Positions 25,401 to 35,470 of a DNA stretch of 64,000 nt are shown here, piece after piece. Source of the DNA: Thalia democratica (Eukaryota); NCBI GenBank assembly GCA_965202585.1, contig OZ241826.1, positions 99,448,001-99,512,000 on the forward strand, read 5' to 3'. Position 1 is the first letter of the stretch. Every line of letters begins with the position of its first letter. The notes under the pieces were generated by a model, which saw nothing but the letters and a program-made list of their open reading frames with translations, did not search any database and was not told where the DNA came from. The translations under genes and the position numbers were made by a program.

Positions 25401-27024
25401 TCGTCGTTCTTGAAGCTGTTGCGAAGGAGGGCATCGTGGAGACATCGTCGTTCTTGAAGCTGCAGCGAAGGGGGGCATCGTGGAGACATCGTCGTTCTTG
25501 AAGCTGCAGCGAAGGTGAGCATCGTGGAGACATCGTCATTCTTGAAGCTGCAGCGAAGGAGGGTATCGTGGAGACATCGTCTTTCTTGAAGCTGCAGCGA
25601 AGGTGAGCATCGTGGAGACATCGTCATTCTTGAAGCTGCAGCGAAGGAGGGTATCGTGGAGACATCGTCGTTCTTGAAGCTGCAGCGAAGGAGGACATCG
25701 TGGAGACATCGTCGTTCTTGAAGCTGCGACGAAGGAGGGCATCGTGGAGACATCGTCGTTCTTGAAGCTGCAGCAAAGGAGGGCATCGTGGAGACATCGT
25801 CGTTCTTGAAGCTGCGACGAAGGAGGGTATCGTGGAGACATCGTCGTTCTTGAAGTTTCAGCGAAGGAGGGCATCGTGGAGACATCGTCGTTCTTGAAGC
25901 TGCAGCGAAGGAGGGCATCGTTGAGACATCGTCGTTCTTGAAGCTGCAGCGAAGGAGGGCATCGTGGAGACATCGTCGTTCTTGAAGCTGCAGCGAAGGT
26001 GGACATCGTTGAGAAGTCGTTCTTGAAGTTGCAGCGAAGGTGGACATCGTGGAGACATCGTCGTTCTTGAAGCTGCAGCGAAGTTGGGCATCGTGGAGAC
26101 ATCGTCGTTCTTGAAGCTGAGGCGAAGGAGGGCATCGTGGAGACATCGTCGTTCTTGAAGCTGCAGCGAAGGAGGGTATCGTGGAGACATCGTCGTTCTT
26201 GAAGTTTCAGCGAAGGAGGGCATCGTTGAGACATCGTCGTTCTTGAAGCTGCAGCGAAGGAGGGTATCGTGGAGACATCGTCGTTCCTGAAGCTGAGGTG
26301 AAGGAGGGTATCGTGGAGAAATCGTCGTTCTTGAAGCTGCAGCGAAGGAGGGCATCGTGGAGAAATCGTCGTTCTTGAAGCTGCAGCGAAGGAGGGCATC
26401 GTGGAGACATCGTCGTTCTTGAAGCTGCAGCGAAGGAGGGAATCGTGGAGACATCGTCGTTCTTGAAGCTGCAGCGAAGGAGGGCATCGTGGAGAAATCG
26501 TCGTTCTTGAAGCTGCAACGAAGGAGGACATCGTGGAGACATCGTCGTTCTTGAAGCTGCAGCGAAGGAGGGCATCGTGGAGACATCATCGTTCTTGAAT
26601 CTGCAGCGAAGGAGGGCATCGTGGAGACATCGTCGTTCTTGAAGCTGCAGCGAAGGAGGGCATCGTGGAGACATCGTCGTTCTTGAAGCTGCGACGAAGG
26701 TGGGCATCGTGGAGACATCGTCGTTCTTGAAGCTGCAGCGAAGGAGGGCATCGTGGAGACATCGTCGTTCTTGAAGCTGCGACGAAAGAGGGTGTCGTCG
26801 AGACATCGTCGTTCTTGAAGCTGCAGCGAAGGTGGGCATCGTTGAGAAGTCGTCGTTCTTGAAGCTGCAGCGAAGGTAAGTATCATGGAGACATCGTCGT
26901 TCTTGAAGCTGCGACGAAGGTAGGCATCGTGAAGAAGTCGTCGTTCTTGAAACTGCGGCGAAGGTCGGCATCGTGAAGAAGTCGTCGTTCTTGAAGCTGC
27001 GGCGAAGACGGGCATAGTTGAGAA
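22457..27024. repeat. 44-bp GC-rich tandem repeat (satellite/minisatellite), ~104 units
   Basis: Consensus catcgtggagacatcgtcgttcttgaagctgcagcgaaggaggg (25/44 GC), head-to-tail with no unique spacers. A 41-bp variant occurs at 22757, 22974, 23631 and 26004. Confidence 0.98.
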
Positions 27025-28007
27025 AATTTGATTTATTTTCTTTAATTTTTATTGTTTTCTGTAATTTTCGATATTTCAATTATTATAATATATTCTGCTT
27101 TTATTTTTTGTAATTAGTTTTTTACCTATTTTAATATAATCTAAATCTAAAATCTCTTGTCTTAATTTTTTAGTTGGTAATTTTTAGTTTTATTTTAAAT
27201 CGAGATAAACTATTTTTATTTATTACAATCTATGTTTAGCAATTATTATAAAAGTAATGAAAATTATAATGAGCCAAATAAGATAAAATACTACTTCTAT
27301 TAAAATTGTAATTTTTAGAATTATAACATTTTTTACAGTTTTTGTACTTACACAACTTTAATAGCAAAGTTATCTTACTTTAAACATTTGTTCAAACATT
27401 TTGCTGGATCAAATATTTAACTATATTTAGAAATAAACTAGAAAAAATAGTTTACATTGAATTATATTATACTAAAATGGTGTAAAACATTAAGCAAATT
27501 TTTTTTTTACAAAACATACAATTTGGAGGCCAATAAGTATTTTTTTCGTTTTAGTTGTACACTCAAGTTTTTTTCTCTTTTGTGATGTCAAAGTATACTT
27601 TCTTTTTGTGTACTGGTTTATTAATCTAATTTATTAATTCAACACATATGATTTAGTAGCCCATGTTAAGATAGTAAAATAGATTTAAGTCAAAATAGTT
27701 TATATTATCATTGATAATTTAAGAAGTAAGTCTTCGGCTGTAAGTTTGATAGTTTTTGCATATTTGAACACCATTTATTTTGTATTATCTAGTATTAAAA
27801 CAATTTGTAAATTTCTTAACCTGGATTTTGAGATTTGTTCTTATAAGTTTTTGGTTTGTGAAAGCAAACATATATACTCCTATATGTTTGCCATATACAT
27901 ATATAAAGTCAAATGCTGCGGTTTCAAGTGTTAAGACCCAATAAAAACAAAATTATTAGATTCTATAATAATTTTTTAGTTTTATTGAAATATTAACTAT
28001 TTTTTTA

Positions 28008-28453
28008 GGGTAGCTGTCTAATTTGCGCGAGCGGATAAAGTTACACGAGTGCACTAAATTGCACGAAGACACTTTTGTACAAGGAATAAAATAGCACGAA
28101 GATACTTTTGCACAAAAGATCTTTTTTGCACGGAGACATTTTTGCAAGGGTTGAATTTTTAATTTAGATATTTTTCTTGATTTAATTTTTATTTTTTACT
28201 ATCACTGTTACCCCTAACCCTTACCCTCGGACGGTAGCTTTTTTTTATAATTATTTGTTGTTTTTAATGACTTTTGTTAATTATTTTTTATCTTAATTGT
28301 TACTACCATTTTTAACCCTTAGCCTCGGTCAATAGCTTTTTTTTTAAATAATCTTTTAGTTTATTTCTATTTTTTACTCTCGTGCAACAATGTAACTCGT
28401 AGAAAATTGACCGTAGGTTCAAAATTGTCTTTTTGCAATTTAGACCCGTTCCC
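28008..28453. mobile_element. Mutator-like MITE, same family as 681-1109
   Basis: gggtagctgtc ... gacccgttccc, flanked by identical 9-bp attttttta (27999-28007 and 28454-28462). Subterminal ttgcacgaagac repeats. Confidence 0.8.
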
Positions 28454-30348
28454 ATTTTTTTAGGTTACATTTTGACAATTATGTCTCTTTTTGTAGTTAT
28501 TTTATTGTATTCCTCAGAGCTTTAAGAAAAAAAAGTTTTCATTTGTTATTATACAAGACATATTGATTTTTTTTTTCTTATAAAAGTCTTTTAACTAATT
28601 TTACAATAGCTAACAATATTTCATGGTTAACTTTACCTATTATCCGTTCTTTTGAAATAAATTCAAAAATGTTATTGAAGTAAGAATCTCACGTTTAATA
28701 TTACGTCATATATGTTGTAAAATTTTTTCATCATAACAATGTTAAGTTTATTCTTACCGTTTTTTTTTTAGTTAAATTTAAACTTGTTGTACTCCTGGTT
28801 GACGTAAACCACACTATTTAATTTGAAATAGCCTTAGATTTAATACAAGTCTTAGGTTTTTTATAATTAATTTATAGATTACACGTTTTAAAGCAGTCGG
28901 GCATTTATCATAAATTAATACCAGAAGAATCTTTTCCACTTAAAACGTGGCCGCTCGTGTCTATGAAATCTTAGTTTTAGACTAAAGTTTAAATCATAAA
29001 TATTAAATTTTCCCATTTTTTTAAACGCAAGTTAATGTAAAACGTATCGTTATTCTCGTGTTCGTAATTTTTTATTACACGTCGGCAGCCTTTTACAAGC
29101 CAATTCTCTAGAAGTCTTGCTCGTAAGATGTACTTTATGTAAAAGTTCTTCTGTGGGTCGCAGTAATTTAAAGGATATTTGTGGTGATCAACATAAAATC
29201 ACTATTTTTAACAAAAGATGTGTTAGAATAAGAATTAGTAATAAGTAGTTTTAAAATTGTGAGCGTTTACCTTAAGAAATTTCTTATATCCGTTTTTAAA
29301 AAGGTACATTTCAAATTAAAAACTACCTCACAGGCCGCAGATTTTGGTTTATCGACCCCTGGTTCAATAAAAAGTAAGTTAGTAGAGTTGTTAAAGAAAA
29401 TTCAGTGTACGTTTTTAAAACATTATTGTAACTTTTCTGCCCGTACCGTCAAAGATTAATTTTTATGTAGTCGACATAGTTTCTTTTAACTTGATAAAGT
29501 ACAACTTTTATTGAACAAATACTTATATAAATGAAAGACAATTTTTGATAATACAGCTTTTGATTTAATAAAATTAGCATTATGTTTAATTATAGTTTTT
29601 TTCAAAATTTTATAGTTGCTCTTACCTTTTTTATTTTTTATGTACTATTTAAAACTCAGCTTAATCCTTACTATATGAATAAAAGTAGTTGAACATCTTT
29701 ATAAGTAACTAACGCTCTAGCTTTTGTTTATGTCAAATTATAAAAGTCCTCCTCTTTTTACCTCACACAACTCTAACTATTTTAAAAGTGTGTTACTTAA
29801 AAAATCAGTTGTATAATATTTGCTGCCGGTAATCATTAGAAGATTTAGTTATTATTTAACTATTTTTGACTAACAAGTTTAATTAAACTTTTTTTTACTC
29901 TTTTAATGTTTGCGTTTCTAAAATTTATTTTAAACTCTTTTACTTAAAATTGAAATTAGGTAGTCAAATATACTCAAGCTTAGTTTTTAATCAGCAAAAT
30001 TTCAACAGGTTTTAAAAATCTTTATAAAATCATAATCAAGAAGGTTTTTTAAAAACATACAACTTGGAATACAAATTAAGATGGTTTATTAAGTCTGTGG
30101 AGTTTTTTTATTATATTAAGTTCAAGTTTGCTAACTGCTATGTAAAAGTTTACATAAACTATCTATTCTGTACTGATTGTGTATCCAAGTTTAAATGAAT
30201 TGGAGTAAAATAATACCATGTATAGAAAAGCCGTTTAAAGATCTATTTATTATTCTAGGCAACTTATTTAAGTTTTTATTGGCAAAAAAAAACAGATTAC
30301 TGTACCAAGAAATACTATTTTGACTTAAACTTAAACTAACACCTAAAA

Positions 30349-30689
30349 CAGGGGTCGGCAAACTGCGGCTCGCGAGCTATATGCGGCCCTCAAAGTCAAA
30401 AAATGCGGCCCGCAATCTCCTTTTCAGCCAGAAATGTACATTCTAAAAAGAATAAAAATTAAAGATTTTGTAATAAAAACTTTCATTAAGGCTATTAATC
30501 TAATAAATACTCGTGCTCTAACATTGCTTAATTTATAATATTCTTGATTTTATATGATATTTTTCTACTGATTAATAGAAATTTTTAATTAAATGCGACC
30601 CTCAAAGGTGTTTATCTAAATAGTGCGGCCCACGAGTATTTTTTCATAGGAAAATTGACCCGCGAGTTTTATAAGACTGCCGACCCCTG
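30349..30689. mobile_element. hAT (Charlie-like) MITE
   Basis: TIRs caggggtcggca / tgccgacccctg, perfect 8-bp TSD acctaaaa, subterminal gcggcc motifs. Confidence 0.93.
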
Positions 30690-31959
30690 ACCTAAAACTA
30701 CATGTTAAATATTTTAAGTAAATAAGCATAAAAGGTTTTTGATAGAAAGTGAAGTGCAATAACTTAAAGTCATAGATGTGTAGGTTTTATAAAGTTAAAA
30801 TACTTGACCAATAACATATTTTGAACTCTTTATGTATCAACAAAGTTTAAATTTTATTATCGAAATGTTTTAATTTTTCATAATACAAAAGAAATGCAAT
30901 GTACCTATAAACGTGTAATACCGATTGTTTATTTTTTCTTTAAATAATCTCGTAACACTGCTTGTAAGTTTTTACATGATTTTTAGATTAATTTACTAAA
31001 TCTGTTAGGATTAAAAACTTATATTTTAATTTTAGAGTAAAAACTAACAAAGTTAGTAGACTTTGAATAAAAAACATTGTTTTAAAAAGAATAAGATCTT
31101 TTAGACAATTTTTCAACTTACAATTCATGCACTCTAAAATAGATTCTGTGCACCTTAACAGTTTCTTGCACCCTAAAATTAATTTCGTGTACATTTGTGC
31201 ACATTGTAAAGACCACTAATATGTAGTCATACATATTATGTTGTAACCTTTTTAAAAAAATATTCAAAATAAGAATTTCAAATTTAATGATGCATTACAT
31301 ATAACTGATATTTGTTGTAAACTTTGTTCTTCTTAACAGTATTAACAACGGTCCTAGTTACTTTCACCTTTAATTAAGTTTACTTTGATTTTTTTTACAT
31401 TCTCTTTGTTTCTTGAAGAGGTCTTTAACGGTTTCAACTTAAATTGAAGTTAAGTTGCTAGCTATACTCAAGTATAGTTTTTATAAAATCTTTTACAAAT
31501 TGAATGAGCGAAATGTTTCCGGATGTAAAACCTAATAAGTCATAGTTGTAAAAATGGAAAAAAAAAATTGACTTGTGTGTAAATTAAGATGATTAAGTTA
31601 ATGTAAATTAACTAATCCAGGTTGTTATATTTTTATTGCAAATTTAATACCGTAACTTAAAATGTATAAACTATAGAACAAGCAGTTGATTTTTAGGTGC
31701 AATGTTTCTCCATTGATCTAAAAGTTATAGTTTAGTGTTAAATTTCTTTTTTAAATTTAAAATCTTAAGCCCTTCAACAACTAGAAATTAGTGAAAGGAC
31801 TTTTTTTTTAATCGAAACTTAAAATCTTAAAAATTTAACAAATATAAAAACATTTTTTCGTTTTATAAATACTTTTTTAGTATAGTATTCTTAATATGAT
31901 AAAATTGTTTCAAAGTAAACATTGACAGCGTGATTGTTATTGTGACGTAAGTTCGTTGA

Positions 31960-32482
31960 GCAAATTTATTTTCAAAATAAAGCAGTTATGAACAAAGCTT
32001 AATGAACAAGTATTAAAAAGTTTGTACTTTTTAAACTTAATTCATTTATTATAGACGCATGTGTACATTAGAAACTTTTATAACTACAACCTTTGTTCTA
32101 AACATGACTTTAAACTGTATCCTGATGTATGACTTGATAACCGTAAGTTTTTTCCTACACCAGGTCCTAGGACCAAATATTTGAGCGCTTTTTTTCGTTC
32201 AATAAACAATTTATTTATTCTTTGAGTTGATGAAGACTCAAATTATGGCAACTTTGCTCGATAAGACTACTAGCTTTTTAAAAATCAATTTAAATTTATT
32301 TTCAAAGTAGAGCACGTATGAACAAAGCTTTTTAGATCAAGAATTACAAAAGTTTGTATTTTTTAACCTTAGTTCACTTATTGTAGACGCATGTGGACTT
32401 TAGAAACTTTAATACCTACAACCTGTGAATTGATGAAGACTTAGACTATGGCAACTTTGCTCGACAAGACTACTAGCTTTTT
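31960..32482 (+). repeat. Local tandem duplication of ~200 bp; the first copy is interrupted by a ~125-bp insertion
   Basis: Block A (...tagacgcatgtg...ctacaacc) and block B (ttgatgaagact...gactactagctttt) each occur twice, as A-insert-B-A'-B'. Confidence 0.8.
32096..32220 (+). mobile_element. Short interspersed element (~125 bp) inserted in the duplication
   Basis: Absent from the adjacent paralogous copy. Homologous to 5505-5630, 48752-48890 and 50645-50765. Contains the perfect palindrome ggtcctaggacc. Confidence 0.7.
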
Positions 32483-33803
32483 GATACACTTCATCAAAAA
32501 TGTTTGATACATAAAGAATTTTATGTACCAACAGTTGATTTTTTAAACTTTTGTTGTATTTTTTAAAAGATATTTGAGTTTTTTTTAGTAATTTACACTG
32601 TTGTTTGTATGGTCTAAAATTCTATGTGTATTATAATTCATTTAGTATCTTTCGTTCAATTAGTAACCTCAATTATATGAACAGTTTCTGCATACTTGAA
32701 TTTACAAAGTTTTTATAACAATTTGTTTTTCTTAAATTTTGATTTAAAGTTATTTATAACTATATCGAGTGTACACAACGATGGAACAATCTACTTTTTA
32801 TTTTCTACCAGGACAGTTTTAATAAAGTTGTTTGAATATATTTGATTCGACATGTTATAAATATATTGTCAAGGATAATATATTGTCGTAGAAAAAGGAT
32901 ATAATGGTACTAATGATCGTAATCGTTAAGTAAAGTTTTCATTACAAACTAGCTTCAAATAACATGTTTTAAGGGGCTCCTTTAAGCTTGTTTGAACTTC
33001 TTAGTAAAACCTCAGTATATTATATGCATAAAGCTAAAATAAAATTATCTGAAAAGATTAGATTTTTTTCAGTGTCAAACAAATACTTTTCAATGCAAAA
33101 AAAAAAGTTTGTTATCTTAAATACCATTTACCCTTATTTTAAATTTTAAGAAAATAAACTTTATTTATAAGAAGAAACTTGATTGTTGTATTAAGAAAAA
33201 TTATAACTGTTAATTATCTATTAAACGAAAATTTTAGTTTAGTTTTGTAAGATTTCAAATCAGATATTGTTAGTTTATTAGTTTTAAGGTCTAACAACAA
33301 GTGAGTAGATTTTTTTTTAATAATTTTAATATTAAATTAGCTAAACAAGGTTTTGACTCATATTATAATTAGATTTAAGTTATCAGATAATTATGACTAC
33401 TTTTTATATATGACGGACTGAACTCGTTTAATTGACTAAAAAAATAATGAAAAAGTTTAGTACAGTAAAAAAGTTGGTACTTTTTCCAACTTATTACTTA
33501 AATATATGCCTATTTAAATAAGAGTTTAGTTTTTTATTAAATTGTAAACTATTCAAAAAACGTTACGTTTTATTACTACACAAGTAAATAAAATCACAAA
33601 CTCGTAAACAAATATTCTGTTATACACAGAACATAAGCTAGCTACGATTCAGTGTAAAAAGCAAAAGTAAAGCTAAAAGTCACTTTGATTTCATATTTTG
33701 TGAATACTTGACTATTTTTAAAATAGAATGATACATTAAAACGACTTTAATTGATGAGATATTTTAGCTTGCTTCATTTCATCTTTAATATTTTTTTTCG
33801 AAA

Positions 33804-33890
33804 CTATTTGCTGCACTTTTGACACATGGGGCAATTCTTTTCGCAGGGTATCTCGTCATACAAATTATGATAACGATTACTCCTAAAGAG
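33804..33890 (-). CDS. Predicted terminal coding exon of an unidentified spliced gene (LFRSNRYHNLYDEIPCEKNCPMCQKCSK*)
   Basis: Strong acceptor ttttttttacag; phase 0 matches the preceding exon; ends in TAG. Confidence 0.55.
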   Translation of the reverse strand, partial: LFRSNRYHNLYDEIPCEKNCPMCQKCSK

Positions 33891-34300
33891 CTGTAAAAAA
33901 AAATTTCGACAAGAAAGAAAATAAAAAATAAATTACAAAATATTATAGTTGATATTGTAGTTTCAAATCAGTATAAGTTATAGTCAAGACATAAAAATGT
34001 CTTCAATAGTAGATTTAAAACTGCTAAAAGCCTAAGATACCTTATACCATGATCGTTACATGAAAATATTTAAAATATTGAACTTACATAAGCATTAAAC
34101 AAAAAAAGTACTATATAACAACATTAACATTTAAATTTATCTTCAAGTAATACATTTTTAGAAACTTGTTACTTAATTTGAAATCAAATACTTGCTAAAA
34201 TGCTAATACTTATGATTAAAAAAATCGCAAACTGAAAGTCTAAAAAAAGTAGTTTATATAGAAAAGTTTGTACTAATATTTAAAAAAGGTAAAAAATAAC

Positions 34301-34374
34301 AGCATTAGTGTAGTCGTTGAATCGTTGGTATCTTTCTACTCTTTCATCAGATTTGTCGTTAGATGGTTCACGGT
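34301..34374 (-). CDS. Predicted exon (Y)REPSNDKSDERVERYQRFNDYTNA
   Basis: Acceptor ttttcag; only one frame is open; donor gttatt is weak; phases 1 and 0 fit the neighbours. Confidence 0.55.
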
Positions 34375-34915
34375 CTGAAAATGTTTATTAGTAGTTATAA
34401 GAGTTTTTTTTATAACTCTTTTTTACTTTGCAATAACAACGTTAATGAAAGTCAGATTTAGATAGTGTTACACTGAAATTATCAAACAACGAGTATGAAA
34501 TTTGTTCAGTGATAAACAGTTATACGCATTGTTATTTGTGTTTTTACTAATTTAATATATAATGTTTTATAAACGTTCGAATGCAGTTAATATAGCTTAA
34601 AATTCTGACAAAATAAAAGCTTTAAAAAAAAGTATAGTAATACTTTTTATAAGCAGACAAAATGCATAGTGTTCAGACTTACACTTTTTTTGTAAATATT
34701 TTAGAGTTTCTTTTATAAATAATTGTTTTAGGCATTTTAAGTTTAAATTTATAAAACTGTTATCGAATCTACTTTTAATGAAAGGTCATAATTATTGACT
34801 TGCAAACATCTAACGTTAAATATCAAGCTATTCTAATTCTGAAATATATGCAGCACATTAAATTTAAATATTAACAAAATTTTATATGCAAAAGTAGTAG
34901 TATTCTATAATTAAC

Positions 34916-34997
34916 ATTTGTAATTGCTAGGTAGAGTGGCCCTTTTCTTCTTGGCTTTTCTAAGTTCGATAAATTGTTGAATAAATGTCTGCGGCAT
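34916..34997 (-). CDS. Predicted exon MPQTFIQQFIELRKAKKKRATLPSNYK
   Basis: Acceptor aatttttag, weak donor gttaat, raised GC; phases 0 and 1 fit the neighbours. Confidence 0.5.
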
Positions 34998-35457
34998 CTA
35001 AAAATTTTTATCTATAGTTTAAATCATTGTTATTTTGGTTAAAAGTGTGTTTGGTTTTTTTGTCAACACAGAAATTATATACAACTTGACAAATCGTTTG
35101 TATTTAAACAGAAAACTTTTTAATTAATCAAAATAAAAGATCATAATAATTTAAGCATTTATTTACTAAAAAAATATCTTTTAAAACTGGTATTTCCTTG
35201 TACATCAATATTTTTGTTTTTATAAAGATATCAATAGGATGTATGCTTAAAAAGTTTAAAAACAGTTGACTTATAAACTGAAACAACTATTAAACAAATT
35301 TATTAACTAAATAAAACTTTTTATAAGTTAAACTTAAAACTTATTAATTTTAATACACTTCTATTTATTTAACTACTGTTAAGCTTTATAACTCAAAATA
35401 TTGAAAAATCCTTTAAAATCCTTTTTTTCTACATATTTTCGTCTTTAACAGACTTAC

Positions 35458-35470
35458 TTGCCATAATACG
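35458..35470 (-). CDS. Predicted 13-nt micro-exon ((S)VLWQ)
   Basis: ttttttag|cgtattatggcaa|gtaagt: canonical acceptor and perfect donor. It converts phase 2 to phase 0, as the flanking exons require. Confidence 0.5.

Noticed and set aside
22457-27024. CRISPR-like array
   Set aside because: Units are head-to-tail with no unique spacers, no cas genes are present, and the context is eukaryotic.
22417-27079. Seventeen long overlapping minus-strand ORFs as protein-coding genes
   Set aside because: All are translations of the same 44-bp repeat, which lacks stops by composition. There are no splice signals and no unique domain. Kept only as a testable finding.
34325-34351. CTGATGA...GAAA on the minus strand as a hammerhead
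   Set aside because: No stem II can form, and it lies inside a predicted coding exon.
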